A stretch of DNA of 64,000 nucleotides from an uncultured delta proteobacterium (lineage in GTDB: Bacteria > Myxococcota_A > UBA9160 > SZUA-336). Position numbers and translations under genes: made by a program. Positions 1 through 10,736 of this stretch are shown here, in pieces; within the stretch, counting starts at the first letter, position 1, and every line of letters begins with the position of its first letter. The DNA lies in contig CAVPHD010000009.1 of NCBI GenBank assembly GCA_963704165.1, positions 259,673-323,672 on the forward strand. The letters run 5' to 3'. The notes under the pieces were generated by a model. It was not told where the DNA came from, searched no databases, and saw only the letters and a list, made by a program, of their open reading frames with translations.

Positions 1-214
1 CGATCGGTCGGCGGACCTCCAGCGCGACCGCACGGACGGCCTCGAAGTCGCCGTCCGAGGCGATCGGGAAGCCCGCCTCGATCACGTCGACGCCGAGGCG
101 TTCGAGCTGGCGCGCGATCACCAGCTTCTCCTCGATGTTCATGCTGCATCCGGGCGACTGCTCGCCGTCGCGCAGGGTCGTGTCGAAGATCAGGACGCGT
201 TTATCGGGCGTCAC
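1..214 (-). CDS. leuA: 2-isopropylmalate synthase (LeuA/CimA family), N-terminal fragment running off the window edge
   Basis: Own translation of the minus strand from GTG at 212-214: [60 protein letters not shown]. This carries the TLRDGEQ signature of HMGL-like synthases. Absent from the ORF track because it is truncated. Its start overlaps the pssA 3' end by 14 nt. Confidence 0.85.
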   Translation of the reverse strand, partial: MTPDKRVLIFDTTLRDGEQSPGCSMNIEEKLVIARQLERLGVDVIEAGFPIASDGDFEAVRAVALEVRRPI

Positions 215-1031
215 GGCTCGGCTCCGCCTCGACTTCGGCCGCGACTCCCTCGGCCGCATGCGCGGGCGTTCTGCGCTCCAGCCACCACACCACCGGACCG
301 GAGAGCACGTAGGCGATGCCGAGTCCGAAGAGCATCCACTCGTGGTTCAAGAGCACGATGATCGCGAAGACGATCAGCGCCACGAGTGCGGGATAGCCGC
401 GAGCGCCCTCGATCCGGACGGCCTTGAGGCTCGGATACGGGATCGTGCTCACCATCAGGAGCGCGAGCAGCGCGAAGAAGCTCGTGATCCCGATCCCGAG
501 CGGCCGCGGGAACGGCGGCGCGAATCCGACCCAGGTGATGAACCAGACCGTGGCCGCGACCATGCCCCCCGCAAAGGTCGTGGCGATGCCCTGGAAATAC
601 TTCGTGCTCGGCTCATCCGCCCGGGCGTTGAACCGCGCGAGCCGGAGTGCCGCGCAGAGCGCGAACAAGCCCGCGATCAGCCAGCCACGCGGTCCCAGGG
701 GCAGCAGCATCCAGTTGTACATCAGCAGCGCGGGCGCGAGACCGAACGCCGTCAGGTCGGAGAGCGAGTCGAACTCGAAGCCGAAGCGGCTCTGCGAATG
801 GGTGGCCCGCGCGACGCGGCCGTCGAGCATGTCGCAGATGGTGGCCAGCACGATCGCGAGCGCCGCCTTCTCGAATTCACCGCGGATCGAGAGCGTGATC
901 GACCAGAAGCCGAGCATGAGCCCGGCGCTGGTGATCAGGTTCGGAAGCAGGAACACCGCACGGCGTCGGCCGCGTCGGTTGCCCCGACGTCGCCGCCTCC
1001 GATCCCGGAACTCCCCGTCCCGCGACATCAC
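201..1031 (-). CDS. pssA: CDP-diacylglycerol--serine O-phosphatidyltransferase
   Basis: 276-aa ORF with the CDP-alcohol phosphatidyltransferase motif DMLDGRVAR...GFEFDSLSD and several hydrophobic TM segments. Confidence 0.9.
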   Translation of the reverse strand: MMSRDGEFRDRRRRRRGNRRGRRRAVFLLPNLITSAGLMLGFWSITLSIRGEFEKAALAIVLATICDMLDGRVARATHSQSRFGFEFDSLSDLTAFGLAPALLMYNWMLLPLGPRGWLIAGLFALCAALRLARFNARADEPSTKYFQGIATTFAGGMVAATVWFITWVGFAPPFPRPLGIGITSFFALLALLMVSTIPYPSLKAVRIEGARGYPALVALIVFAIIVLLNHEWMLFGLGIAYVLSGPVVWWLERRTPAHAAEGVAAEVEAEPSRDAR

Positions 1032-1038
1032 GGTCCCC

Positions 1039-2055
1039 TCAGTTCCGACTGCGATCGACGAGCTTGTTCTCCCGCAGCCAGGGCATCATCGCGCGGAGCT
1101 CCTTGCCGATCTTCTCGACCGGATGCTCCTCGCCGAGCCTCCCGAGTGCCGTGAAGACGGGCTTGCCGACACGCGCCTCCTGCAGCCACTCGCTCGCGAA
1201 GCGGCCGGACTGGATCTCGCCGAGGATCCGCTTCATCTCGGCCTTCGTCTCGGCGGTGACGATGCGCGGCCCGCGCGTCAGGTCGCCGAAACGCGCGGTG
1301 TTCGAGACCGAGTAGCGCATGTTCGAGATGCCGCCCTCGTAGATCAGATCGACGATCAGCTTCACCTCGTGGATGCACTCGAAGTACGCCATCTCGGGTG
1401 CGTAGCCGGCCTCGATCAGCGTTTCGAATCCCGCCTGCATGAGCGCGGTGAGCCCGCCGCAGAGAACCGCCTGCTCACCGAAGAGGTCGGTCTCGGTTTC
1501 CTCGCGGATCGTGGTCTGGATGATCCCCGCGCGCCCGCCGCCGATTCCCTTTGCGTAGGCGAGGCCGACCTCGAGCGTGTTCCCCGACGGATCGCGATCG
1601 ACCGCCACCAGGCAGGGCACACCGCCGCCCTTCGCGTACGCGGCGCGAACGAGGTGCCCCGGACCCTTGGGCGCGACCATGAACGTGTTCACGCCGTCGG
1701 GCGGAGCGATGCAGCCGAAGTGGAAATTGAAACCGTGCGCGAGCGCGAGGTAGTTTCCGGCCTTCAGATTCGGCCGGATGTCGGCCTCGTAGATCTGCGC
1801 CATCGTCTCGTCGGGCAGCGTCATCATCACGACGTCGCCCGCGGCCGCCGCGTCGGCAACCGAGAGCACGCGAAGCCCGGCCGCTTCCGCCTTCTTCGAG
1901 GTCGGGGATCCCGGACGCAGACCGACCACGACGTCGACACCGCTCTCCTTCAGATTCAGGGAGTGCGCGTGCCCCTGACTGCCATAGCCGAGTATCGCCA
2001 CCGTCCGGCCTTCGAGGCGGGCGAGGTCCGCGTCCTTGTCGTAGTACACGCGCAT
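1039..2055 (-). CDS. ilvC: ketol-acid reductoisomerase
   Basis: 338-aa [42 protein letters not shown]..., typical class I IlvC over its full length. Confidence 0.97.
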   Translation of the reverse strand: MRVYYDKDADLARLEGRTVAILGYGSQGHAHSLNLKESGVDVVVGLRPGSPTSKKAEAAGLRVLSVADAAAAGDVVMMTLPDETMAQIYEADIRPNLKAGNYLALAHGFNFHFGCIAPPDGVNTFMVAPKGPGHLVRAAYAKGGGVPCLVAVDRDPSGNTLEVGLAYAKGIGGGRAGIIQTTIREETETDLFGEQAVLCGGLTALMQAGFETLIEAGYAPEMAYFECIHEVKLIVDLIYEGGISNMRYSVSNTARFGDLTRGPRIVTAETKAEMKRILGEIQSGRFASEWLQEARVGKPVFTALGRLGEEHPVEKIGKELRAMMPWLRENKLVDRSRN

Positions 2056-2126
2056 CCGATCAACTCCTTGGGAGACCGCAGATATCGTTGGATTCCGCGG
2101 CCTTATCCGATGTCTCGGGGATCGAT

Positions 2127-2828
2127 CTAGGGTATGGGTTCACTGCTTACGTGTAAAGCCAAGCGCCTGGCTTCGGCCTCGGCTCGGCGCAGATAGCGCA
2201 GCTCCACGCGCTCCGGCGCGACCGCGTGACCGGCAACGGCGAGGCGCAGACCGAGCCGGCCGACGCTCGACGCGCGCAAGCAGCCGGCAGCTTCCGGCAG
2301 GAAGACCGCACGAGCGCCGAGTCGCTCGGCGATCTCAGCGCGGTGGAGCGCGACACCGCTGCCGAGGAAGGCGATCTCCCCGGCACGCGGCAACCGCGAG
2401 ACGAACCCCGGCACGGAGCTACACGAATCGGCGACACGCTCGCGGCCGTCGGCAGCGTAGAGACCGGCGTAGATCTCTCCGCGCCGTGCATCGAGAATCG
2501 GCGCGATCGGACCGTCGACGCCCGCCTGCGTCGCGAGCGCAGCGAGCGTGGGCACCGGAACCAGGCGTCGGTCCGTGCCGAACGTCAGGCCGAGCGCGGT
2601 CGCGAGCCCGATGCGCAGGCCGGTGAACGATCCCGGGCCGATCGTGAGCGCGATTCGATCGACCGCGTCGAGGGAGGCGCTCTGCTCGACGAGTAGGCGC
2701 TCGACGCAGACGAGGAGCGACGCGGCGTGGCGCTCGCCCTCGTCGAGAGACAGCTCGCCGAGCAGGGCCTCGCCCGCGAAGAGCGCGACGGAACCGCGCT
2801 CTCCGGAGGTGTCCAGCGCGAGCAACAC
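2127..2828 (-). CDS. tsaB: tRNA threonylcarbamoyladenosine biosynthesis protein TsaB
   Basis: 233-aa [19 protein letters not shown]...[23 protein letters not shown], the YeaZ/TsaB signature. Confidence 0.85.
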   Translation of the reverse strand: MLLALDTSGERGSVALFAGEALLGELSLDEGERHAASLLVCVERLLVEQSASLDAVDRIALTIGPGSFTGLRIGLATALGLTFGTDRRLVPVPTLAALATQAGVDGPIAPILDARRGEIYAGLYAADGRERVADSCSSVPGFVSRLPRAGEIAFLGSGVALHRAEIAERLGARAVFLPEAAGCLRASSVGRLGLRLAVAGHAVAPERVELRYLRRAEAEARRLALHVSSEPIP

Positions 2829-2834
2829 GATGCG

Positions 2835-4487
2835 CTAGCCCAGCGTCGAGAAGAACTTGACCACCCCCGACCAGTGGCGCGCGATGTCGTTCCAGAATGC
2901 GACGCCCATGAGCAGGAGGATCAGCGAGAGCCCGACCGTCTGCGCGACGTCGCGCGCCCGTTCCGGAAGCGGACTTCCCTTGATCCCTTCGGCCGCGGCG
3001 AGGACGATCTGCCCACCGTCGAGCACCGGGATCGGCAGCAGGTTCAGGATCGCCAGATTCACGCTGATCACGGCCATGAGCCACGCGAACTGCGCCCACG
3101 AGGTCTGGTACGCATCGGCGGCGATCTCGCCGATCCCGATCGGACCGGAGAGGCTGTTCATACCGACGCTGCCGGTCACGAGCTGAGAGATCCCGGCGAG
3201 AATCATCACCAGGATCTCGCCGGTGCGCTCGACGCCGCGCGTGACCGCGACCAACGGATTGCGAACGACGTCGTCCCGGTACTCGGCCCCCTCGTCGGAG
3301 GGCCCGAGCGACACGCCGATTCCCCAGTGCATCTCGGTCTCGCCGTTCACGAGCATCGCCCGCTCGGTCGGCGTCGCCTCGAGCGTGATCTCGCGGCCCT
3401 CGCGCTGGAGAACGAGCGTGACCGGCGCGCCGCCGCTGCCCCAGATCACGTCCTTCACCACCTCGCTCGTGAGGGCGAGCGTTCCGTTGACGGTCAGCAG
3501 AACGTCGCCGGACTGCAAGCCTGCGCGCTTCGCGGGACTCGTCGGCTCGACCGCGGCGATCCGCACGCCGATCGCGGTCAGGCCGAGGGTCTCGAGACTC
3601 CGTACGACGTCGGCGTCGCGAATCGTCGTTCGGATCGTCTCCGACTCGCCGTCGAGTGGACGCGAGAGCTCGAACTCGACCGGGACGTCGACCGTCCGCA
3701 AGGCTCGCTCGAGGCCGTACAGGTTCTCGATCGGCTGTGAGTTCAGGGCGACGATCCGATCTCCCGTCTGCACGCCCGCGCGCGAGGCGGGGCCATCGGG
3801 ATCGGTCACGCCGACGCGCGCGGCGGGAGCGTGCCAGGAGAGGCCGGCGGGGAGGTACTTGCCGTCGGGATCGGTCTCTCGCAGGAGCTCGACGGTGCGC
3901 GTCTGACCTTCGCGCTCGACCTCGAGTGAGAGCGCCGGATCTCCGGAACCCTGCAGGTGCGACTCCAGCTCCTCCCAGCGCCAGATCGCCTCGCTCGAGA
4001 CGCCGACCACGCGATCGCCTTCGCGCAAGCCCGCGCGCTCGGCGGCGGTGTCGGGAAGCACCCCGGCGATTCGCGAGGTGATCGTCGGAACTCCGCTCAT
4101 CAGAATCCCGGCGATCAGGAAGACCGGCAGGATCAGATTCATCACCGGGCCAGCGAGCGAGATCGCGATGCGTTGCCAGACGGGCCGGTGATTGAAGGCG
4201 CGGCCGACGTCCTCCGGGGCCGCGTCCTCACCCGGATTCTCGCCGAGCATCTTCACGAAGCCGCCGAGCGGCAGCGCAGCGACGACGTACTCGGTCTCGC
4301 CCACGCGCCGTGCGAGCAGCGACGGGCCGAAGCCGATCGAGAACTTCTCGACCTTGACGCCGAGCCACTTCGCGACGGCGAAGTGGCCCAGCTCGTGGAT
4401 GAAGATCAGCACTCCGAGCAGGAGGATGAACGGAACCAGAAAATCGACGACTCCCGGAAGACTCACGCTGCGCGCTCCTCGATCCAC
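2835..4487 (-). CDS. rseP: RIP (site-2) zinc metalloprotease RseP with three PDZ-like segments
   Basis: 550-aa ORF with HELGH near the N-terminus and a C-terminal TM region. PDZ-like stretches are AAERAGLREGDRVV, ASRAGVQTGDRIV and PAKRAGLQSGDVLL. The more likely start is GTG at 4464-4466, a GTGA overlap with the dxr stop. Confidence 0.92.
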   Translation of the reverse strand: MDRGARSVSLPGVVDFLVPFILLLGVLIFIHELGHFAVAKWLGVKVEKFSIGFGPSLLARRVGETEYVVAALPLGGFVKMLGENPGEDAAPEDVGRAFNHRPVWQRIAISLAGPVMNLILPVFLIAGILMSGVPTITSRIAGVLPDTAAERAGLREGDRVVGVSSEAIWRWEELESHLQGSGDPALSLEVEREGQTRTVELLRETDPDGKYLPAGLSWHAPAARVGVTDPDGPASRAGVQTGDRIVALNSQPIENLYGLERALRTVDVPVEFELSRPLDGESETIRTTIRDADVVRSLETLGLTAIGVRIAAVEPTSPAKRAGLQSGDVLLTVNGTLALTSEVVKDVIWGSGGAPVTLVLQREGREITLEATPTERAMLVNGETEMHWGIGVSLGPSDEGAEYRDDVVRNPLVAVTRGVERTGEILVMILAGISQLVTGSVGMNSLSGPIGIGEIAADAYQTSWAQFAWLMAVISVNLAILNLLPIPVLDGGQIVLAAAEGIKGSPLPERARDVAQTVGLSLILLLMGVAFWNDIARHWSGVVKFFSTLG

Positions 4488-5623
4488 CGGCGCGCCACGC
4501 GGCGAGCCTGTTCATCCACGTCGCGGATCTCCTCGAGGGATCGGCCGGGGCGAACCGCGACGCGTCCCAGGACTTCTTCGGCGACGGAAGCGATGCCCGT
4601 GAACTCGAGTTCGCCCGAGAGGAACGCCGCGACCGCGACCTCGTTGGCGGCGTTCAGCGTTGCCGGCGCGGTTCCACCGGCCGAGAGCGCTTCGAATGCG
4701 AGCCGAAGCGCGGGGAAGCGCGCGAGATCGGGCGCTTCGAAATGAAGGGCACCGAGCGCGACGAGATCGAGCGGCGCCACGTCTTCGAGGGGGAGACGGT
4801 CGGGCATCCCCAGAGTGTACGAAATGGGGATCCTCATATCGGGCACGCCGAGCTGTGCGATCCAGCTGCCGTCGACGTACTCGACCAGCGAGTGCACGAT
4901 GCTCTCCGGGTGCACGAGCACCCCGATCCGCTCCGGCTCGAGGTCGAAGAGCCAACGGGCCTCGATCACCTCGAAGCCCTTGTTCATGAGCGTCGCCGAG
5001 TCGATCGTGATCTTCGCGCCCATGTCCCAGTTCGGGTGCGCGAGCGCCTGCGCGGGGCTCGCCGCCGCGAGCGCCTCGGCACTCGCGCGTCGAAACGGTC
5101 CACCGGACGCGGTGAGCCAGATCTTGCGCACCGGGGCACCGCGCTGCCCGGCCAGGCACTGCGCGATCGCGACGTGTTCGGAGTCGAGCGGAAGCAGCTT
5201 CGCACCGCTCGCGCGCGCCGCCTCGAGGACGAGCGGTCCACCGGTGACGAGCACCTCCTTGTTCGCGAGCGCGACGTCGCGCCCGCTGCGCAGCGCGGCC
5301 ACGACCGGCTCGAGACCGGCGCTGCCGACGAGCGCGCCGATCACGAGATCGGCTTCGTGCGTGGCGACCTCGCGGAGACCCTCGGCCCCCGAGATCACGC
5401 GCGGACCGGGCTCCCCGAGCGCTTCACGTACGAGCACCGCGTCTTCGGCACGGGCGACGGAGACCAGCTCCGGACGGAACTGCTTGCACTGCTGGATCAG
5501 GAGATCGACGGATCGACCTGCGGCGAGCGCGACCACCCGGAGCTTGTCCGGGAATCGCGCGATCACGTCGAGTGTCTGCGTTCCGATCGATCCCGTCGAG
5601 CCGAGCAGCGCGATGCGCTTCAC
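4463..5623 (-). CDS. dxr: 1-deoxy-D-xylulose 5-phosphate reductoisomerase
   Basis: 386-aa ORF MKRIALLGSTGSIGTQTLDV...; Dxr over its full length. Confidence 0.96.
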   Translation of the reverse strand: MKRIALLGSTGSIGTQTLDVIARFPDKLRVVALAAGRSVDLLIQQCKQFRPELVSVARAEDAVLVREALGEPGPRVISGAEGLREVATHEADLVIGALVGSAGLEPVVAALRSGRDVALANKEVLVTGGPLVLEAARASGAKLLPLDSEHVAIAQCLAGQRGAPVRKIWLTASGGPFRRASAEALAAASPAQALAHPNWDMGAKITIDSATLMNKGFEVIEARWLFDLEPERIGVLVHPESIVHSLVEYVDGSWIAQLGVPDMRIPISYTLGMPDRLPLEDVAPLDLVALGALHFEAPDLARFPALRLAFEALSAGGTAPATLNAANEVAVAAFLSGELEFTGIASVAEEVLGRVAVRPGRSLEEIRDVDEQARRVARRWIEERAA

Positions 5624-6363
5624 GGCGCCGGCTCACGGGCCTGTGCTCCCGTCAGCCCGAAGCGGCGCTCGCGCTGCTGGTAGGCCGCGAGCGCCTCGAC
5701 GAGATCGTTCTTGGTGAAGTCGGGCCAGAGCACGTCGCTCTTCCACAGCTCGGTGTAGGCGACCTGCCAGAGCAGGAAATTCGAGAGCCGCAGTTCCCCA
5801 CCGGTGCGGATCAGAAGATCGGGATCCGGCAGATCGGGCGAGTACAGGTGCCCCTGCACGCACTTCTCGTCGATCGCCTCGGGCTCGAGCTGCCCCTGCT
5901 CGACGGCTCGCGCGATCGCGCGCACGGCATCGGTGATCTCGGTGCGCCCGCCGTAGGAGAGCGCGAAGACGAGCCTCATCTCGTCGTTGCTCTTCGTGCG
6001 CGCGGAGAGCGAGTCGATCAGCGTCTGGATGCGCGGAGACAGGTCGCCAATGCGCCCGATCGCGTCGACGCGAATTCCGTTCGACGCCAGCTCGTCGGCG
6101 TCGCGCTCGAGGTACTCCTCGAGGTAGTTCATCACCGCATCGACCTCTTCACGAGGCCGAGCCCAGTTCTCCGTCGAGAACGCGTAGAAGGTCAGCCACT
6201 GCACGCCGAGCTCGTGCGCGGCCCGAACGACCGCTCGCACGACCTCCGCGCCGTTCCGATATCCGGCTACGCGTGGAAGTCCGCGGTTCTCCGCCCAGCG
6301 GCCGTTCCCGTCGGGAATGATCGCCACGTGACGGGGGATCTTGCTCGCAACCAGCCTGTGCAC
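5620..6363 (-). CDS. uppS: isoprenyl transferase (undecaprenyl diphosphate synthase)
   Basis: 247-aa ORF with HVAIIPDGNGRWA and the ...RTGGELRLSNFLLWQ motifs. Has a 4-nt overlap with the dxr start. Confidence 0.95.
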   Translation of the reverse strand: MHRLVASKIPRHVAIIPDGNGRWAENRGLPRVAGYRNGAEVVRAVVRAAHELGVQWLTFYAFSTENWARPREEVDAVMNYLEEYLERDADELASNGIRVDAIGRIGDLSPRIQTLIDSLSARTKSNDEMRLVFALSYGGRTEITDAVRAIARAVEQGQLEPEAIDEKCVQGHLYSPDLPDPDLLIRTGGELRLSNFLLWQVAYTELWKSDVLWPDFTKNDLVEALAAYQQRERRFGLTGAQAREPAP

Positions 6364-6372
6364 CCGCTCTCC

Positions 6373-6942
6373 TCAGACCTTCAGCAGCTCGGCTTCCTTC
6401 GCCTCGACCGACTTGTCGATCTGCGCGACGAAATCGTCGGTGAGTTTCTGGATCTTGTCCTGCAGCTGGCGCGCGTCGTCCTCTCCGAGGTCGCCGTCCT
6501 TCTGCAGGTCCTTCGCCATGGCGATGGCGTCGCGGCGCGCGTTGCGCACGCCCACCTTGTGGTCCTCGCCGAGCTTCTTCACCTGCTTGGCGAGGTCCTT
6601 GCGCCGCTCTTCGGTCAGCTCCGGGATCGGCACGCGGACGATCTTTCCGTCGGAGATCGGCGAGACGCCGAGGTTGGCCTTGTGGATCGCCTTCTCGATC
6701 TCGGAGATCGCGCTGCGATCGAATGGCTGCACCGTGATCAGTCTCGCTTCGGGAGCATTCAGCTGCGCGAGCTTCTTCAGAGGCGTCGGCGTGCCGTAGT
6801 AATCGACCATGAGGCCCTCGAGCAGCGCAGGATTCGCGCGGCCCGTGCGGATCTTCGTGAGGTCGTGCCCCAGGGCAGAGACGCTCTTCTGCATCTCCTG
6901 CTTCGCTTCGGAGAGGACCAGATCGCTGTTCTCGTCGGACAT
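6373..6942 (-). CDS. frr: ribosome recycling factor
   Basis: 189-aa ORF typical of Frr (...LTEERRKDLAKQVKKLGEDHKVGVRNARRDA...). Confidence 0.96.
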   Translation of the reverse strand: MSDENSDLVLSEAKQEMQKSVSALGHDLTKIRTGRANPALLEGLMVDYYGTPTPLKKLAQLNAPEARLITVQPFDRSAISEIEKAIHKANLGVSPISDGKIVRVPIPELTEERRKDLAKQVKKLGEDHKVGVRNARRDAIAMAKDLQKDGDLGEDDARQLQDKIQKLTDDFVAQIDKSVEAKEAELLKV

Positions 6943-6955
6943 CCGCTTCTCCTCC

Positions 6956-7669
6956 TCAGGCCGTGACGAGCGTGCCGATCGCCTCCCCGGAGACCACTCG
7001 CAGCATGTTGCCGGGCACGCTCATGTTGAAGACCACGATCGGCAGCTTGTTGTCCTGGCAGAGCGTGATCGCGGTCGAATCCATCACGCCGAGGCTCTGG
7101 TGCAGGAACTCGCGATAGCTCACCCGATCGAAGCGCCGCGCGTTGGGAAATTTCTCTGGATCCGAGTCGTAGACGCCATCGACGCGCGTCCCCTTCAGCA
7201 GCACCTCGGCGCCCATCTCCATCGCGCGCAACGCCGCACCGGTGTCGGTGGTGAAGAACGGATTGCCGGTCCCCGCCGCGAAGATCACGACGCGGCCCTT
7301 CTCGAGGTGGCGGATCGCGCGTCGGCGGATGTGCGGCTCGGCCACCTGCTTGATCTCGATCGCCGAGAGCACGCGCGTGTCGGCGCCGCACTTCTCGAGG
7401 GCATCCTGGAGCGCGAGGGCGTTGATCACGCCACCGAGCATGCCCATGTAGTCGGCGGCCGTGCGGTTGATGCCCTCGGCCGAGGCCGTGATGCCGCGGA
7501 TGATGTTGCCCCCGCCGCAGACCACGCCGAGCTCGATGCCCAGGCGCGAGAGCTCGCCGATCTCGCGCGCCGTCTCGTGGATCGTCTTCGAATCGATGCC
7601 CCAGCCGCGCTCGCCCGCGAGGCTCTGGCCCGAGATCTTGAGGAGGACGCGCTTGTAGACCGGGGTCAT
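6956..7669 (-). CDS. pyrH: UMP kinase
   Basis: 237-aa [18 protein letters not shown]...[11 protein letters not shown]... Confidence 0.96.
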   Translation of the reverse strand: MTPVYKRVLLKISGQSLAGERGWGIDSKTIHETAREIGELSRLGIELGVVCGGGNIIRGITASAEGINRTAADYMGMLGGVINALALQDALEKCGADTRVLSAIEIKQVAEPHIRRRAIRHLEKGRVVIFAAGTGNPFFTTDTGAALRAMEMGAEVLLKGTRVDGVYDSDPEKFPNARRFDRVSYREFLHQSLGVMDSTAITLCQDNKLPIVVFNMSVPGNMLRVVSGEAIGTLVTA

Positions 7670-8523
7670 TCCTCGCCGGCTTCCCCGAGCTGGAAGCGAC
7701 GGAAGCCGACGATCTTCGCGCCGACCTCCTGCGCTGCCTTGTTGACGATCCTGTCGGGGTCCATGACCAGACCCTGCTCGAGCAGGACCACTTCCTTGAA
7801 GAACTTCGAGAGCCGCCCCTCGATCATCTTCTCGATGATGTTGGCGGGCTTGCCTTCGCTCGCCGCCTGCTTGGTGAGCACGCTCCGCTCCGCGTCGACG
7901 ACGGCCTTGGGCAGCTCGTCGCGAGAGAGGCTGGCTGGGCTCGCCGCCGCGACGTGCATGCAGACGTTGTGCGCGAACGCGCGCACTTCCGGCTTGTCGG
8001 GATTCGCGGACTCGATCGCGACCAGCGTTCCGATCTTGCCGCCCGCGTGGATGTAGCAGGCGACGAAGCCCGACGCGGGCGCCGTCAGGCGCTCGATCCG
8101 CCGGACCACGAGGTCCTCGCCCATCTTGCTGACCGCGCTGCTCACCGCGTCGCGGAGCTTCTCGCCGTTCACGGTCGAGTCGAGCAGCGCATCTACGCTC
8201 GCGGGCGCAGAGCTGCAGACGGTGTTCGCGAGCGCATCGGCGAGCGTCGAGAAGTCGTCCGTCTTGGCGACGAAGTCGGTCTCGCAGTTCAGCTCGACGA
8301 GCGCGCCCGTGCGGCCGTCCTTCGAGACGAGCGCGTTCACCCGACCCTCGGAGCCGGCGCGGCCGACGCGCTTGCTCGCCTTGGCGATCCCGCGCTCGCG
8401 CAGGATCTCGGCGGCACGCGCGGAGTCACCCCCCGCCTCGGCGAGCGCCTTCTTGCAATCCATCATCCCCGCGCCCGTGCGCTCGCGGAGATCCTTCACC
8501 TGCGCTGCCGAGATCTCGGCCAC
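7666..8523 (-). CDS. tsf: translation elongation factor Ts
   Basis: 285-aa [36 protein letters not shown]... with the UBA-like N-terminus of EF-Ts. Confidence 0.96.
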   Translation of the reverse strand: MAEISAAQVKDLRERTGAGMMDCKKALAEAGGDSARAAEILRERGIAKASKRVGRAGSEGRVNALVSKDGRTGALVELNCETDFVAKTDDFSTLADALANTVCSSAPASVDALLDSTVNGEKLRDAVSSAVSKMGEDLVVRRIERLTAPASGFVACYIHAGGKIGTLVAIESANPDKPEVRAFAHNVCMHVAAASPASLSRDELPKAVVDAERSVLTKQAASEGKPANIIEKMIEGRLSKFFKEVVLLEQGLVMDPDRIVNKAAQEVGAKIVGFRRFQLGEAGEE

Positions 8524-8564
8524 GTCCTGTCTCCCTTCCCCTGCTCAGCCCGTCAGCCGCCGCT

Positions 8565-9527
8565 TCACGCGGCCGGCGGCTCCGTCGTCGGTTCGACCTC
8601 GGTCTCGTTCGTCGGCTCGGTGGTCGGCTCCTCGGGCGTCTCCGGCAGATCCGTGATGCCGAGCGCGAAGTCCGCTGCGGCCTCGACCGACTCGCGGCGA
8701 CGTTCCTCGGCCATTCGATCCATTCGCGCGGGCCGCCGCGCCGGCTGCGTGATCTCGACCACGCGCTTGCCGTGCTTGGGCGCGGACTCCTCGGACTCGC
8801 GCGCTTCGGAGCGCTGATCGACGATGCGCGAGTTGTGCAGCTCTCGTCCCTCGCGCGCCGCCTCTGCGACCTTCTCGCAGTAGAGCTGGATCGCGCGCAA
8901 CGCGTCGTCGTTGCCGGGAATCGTGAAGTCGACCCCGTACGGATCGCAGTTCGAGTCGACCACCGCGATCACCGGAATGCCGAGTCGTCGAGCCTCGAGA
9001 ATCGCGATCGCCTCGCGTCGCACGTCGATCACGAAGACGGCGTCGGGCACGCGCTCCATCTCGGCGATGCCTTCGAACGCCTTGTGCAGCTTCAACTGCT
9101 CGCGCACCAGCCGCGAGCGCTCCTTCTTCGAGAGATCGGAGCTGGCCTCCTCTCGCCCGAGAAGCTCGTTCAGCTCCTTGTAGCGCTCGATGCCGCGCCG
9201 GATCGTGCGGAAGTTCGTCAGCATTCCGCCGAGCCAGCGTCGGTGAACGAAGGGCATGCCGCAGGCGCGCGCCTGCTCCGCGATGATGTCCTGCGCTTGC
9301 CGCTTCGTGGAGACGAAGAGCACCGAGCCCCCGCCCGCGACGGTCTCGCGGATGAACTCGAGCGCATCGCGGAAGCGCGGCAGCGTGTGCTGCAGATCGA
9401 TGATGTGGACGCCGTTGCGCTCGCCGTAGATGAAGGGCTTCATCGAGGGATGCCAACGGCGGGTCTGATGGCCGAAGTGGACGCCGGCCTCGAGCAGGTC
9501 TCGCATGGAGACGAGGTTCGCTGTCAT
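8565..9527 (-). CDS. rpsB: 30S ribosomal protein S2, with an acidic/Pro/Thr-rich C-terminal tail
   Basis: 320-aa ORF ...LLEAGVHFGHQTRRWHPSMKPFIYGERNGVHIIDL... The last ~70 aa (..PETPEEPTTEPTNETEVEPTTEPPAA) are a low-complexity extension. Confidence 0.95.
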   Translation of the reverse strand: MTANLVSMRDLLEAGVHFGHQTRRWHPSMKPFIYGERNGVHIIDLQHTLPRFRDALEFIRETVAGGGSVLFVSTKRQAQDIIAEQARACGMPFVHRRWLGGMLTNFRTIRRGIERYKELNELLGREEASSDLSKKERSRLVREQLKLHKAFEGIAEMERVPDAVFVIDVRREAIAILEARRLGIPVIAVVDSNCDPYGVDFTIPGNDDALRAIQLYCEKVAEAAREGRELHNSRIVDQRSEARESEESAPKHGKRVVEITQPARRPARMDRMAEERRRESVEAAADFALGITDLPETPEEPTTEPTNETEVEPTTEPPAA

Positions 9528-9658
9528 TTGACGCAGGTGCTCCGTTCTCGGGTTTTGCTTCCGCCCCTCGGCCCATCGCCGCCGCTCATCGCGAGGACGC
9601 TGCTCGAAGCAGGCGGTCGTTGCGACCCGGAGCGGACGGGGCGTGATGGATGGTCGCT

Positions 9659-9687
9659 CGTATAGCAGAAGGCGTGCCCGCGCTCAA
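9659..9687 (-). promoter_or_regulatory. candidate sigma70-type promoter for rpsB-tsf
   Basis: The minus strand reads TTGAGC-17 nt-TATACG, preceded by the A/T-rich CTGAATTTCTTTTGATTCC (UP-element-like). It lies about 130 nt upstream of the rpsB ATG. Pattern match only. Confidence 0.35.
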
Positions 9688-9714
9688 CTCCAAGGGCCCG
9701 GAATCAAAAGAAAT

Positions 9715-10419
9715 TCAGCCTCGCCTTCCACCCGGCGGGGGCCCGAGAGCGAGCAGATGGGTGTTGTCGTTGAAGGCGCGCAGCGAGAACGCGTAGGCAT
9801 CGGCGATCGGGACCGTGACCAGGCGCGTGATTGCGGCCCAGTGGCTCGAGAAGCGCACCCACGCCCAGGACACCGGCTCGACGTCGAGCAGGCGCGAGAG
9901 GATCACGGCAATCGTGCCCTCGTGCGCCACGATCAGCAGGCGCCGGTCGGCTTCGGGCGGATGCCAGAGGCGGAACCCCGAGTTCGAGTGGATGCGCATG
10001 CCGTGGGAGGCCGAGAGAAGCTCCTCGACACCCGCCGAGACGCGCTCGTAGAGGTGCCGGAACGACTCGCCGCCGGGACTCATGCCGTCCCACCACTGCT
10101 CGAGGTCGCGGGCGCGCGCGCGGGCGAAGAACTTCTCGACCTCCTCGGCCGTGCGCCCCTCGAGCGTCGGCAGGCGAAGCTCGTCGAGCCACGAGCAGCG
10201 CTCGAACTCCACTTCCAGACGCTCCGCGACCGGCGCCGCGGTCTCGATCGCGCGGCCGAGCGTGCTCGTGTAGCAGGCGTCGAAGCGCTCATCGGCGAGC
10301 GCGTCGGCGAGCGCCCGTGCCTGCCGGCGACCGTAGTCGGTCAGCGCGGGATGGTCGACCGCCCGACCGCCGGGCTCCCAGTCCGGCTGCCCGTGCCGGA
10401 CCAGCACGACCTCGATCAT
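9715..10419 (-). CDS. histidine phosphatase (phosphoglycerate mutase) family protein
   Basis: 234-aa ORF beginning MIEVVLVRHGQPDW (RHG catalytic motif). ATGA overlap with the upstream gene's stop. Confidence 0.8.
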   Translation of the reverse strand: MIEVVLVRHGQPDWEPGGRAVDHPALTDYGRRQARALADALADERFDACYTSTLGRAIETAAPVAERLEVEFERCSWLDELRLPTLEGRTAEEVEKFFARARARDLEQWWDGMSPGGESFRHLYERVSAGVEELLSASHGMRIHSNSGFRLWHPPEADRRLLIVAHEGTIAVILSRLLDVEPVSWAWVRFSSHWAAITRLVTVPIADAYAFSLRAFNDNTHLLALGPPPGGRRG

Positions 10420-10736
10420 GGCTTCGCGGTCCGGTACTGCACGGCCGCGCGCTCCGCCGTGAGCGGTCGCACGTGCAGGGCGACGAGCTTCTGATGGGCG
10501 GGATGATCGACGTACGCGCGAAATGCCGCCGCGTCGTCGAAGTCGGCGACGATCGCGAAATCGAAGTTCCCCGACACGAGACCCGCGTCGGATCCGTAAC
10601 GGTAGGCCCGGATCTGTGGGACCTGTCCGGGCAGTGCCGAGAGTGCGCGTTCGAGGGAATCGATCTGCGCGCGGGTCGATTCCGGCCGCCAGCGGAACAG
10701 CACGACGTGCCGGAAGATCTCGACGGCGGCCGACAC
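10416..10736 (-). CDS. Dabb (stress-responsive alpha/beta-barrel) domain protein
   Basis: C-terminal part of the 10416..11000 ORF: VSAAVEIFRHVVLFRWRPESTRAQIDSLERALSALPGQVPQIRAYRYGSD...FDFAIVADFDDAAAFRAYVDHPAHQ. Start set at GTG 10734-10736, which overlaps the argJ TAG by 1 nt. Confidence 0.7.
   Translation of the reverse strand: MSAAVEIFRHVVLFRWRPESTRAQIDSLERALSALPGQVPQIRAYRYGSDAGLVSGNFDFAIVADFDDAAAFRAYVDHPAHQKLVALHVRPLTAERAAVQYRTAKP

Noticed and set aside
8545-9576. A 343-aa ORF in an alternative frame over rpsB. Similar same-strand alternative-frame ORFs occur over rseP, dxr, secA and recN.
   Set aside because: The alternative frames give Arg/Ala-rich low-complexity products, while the annotated frames give full-length matches to universally conserved proteins.
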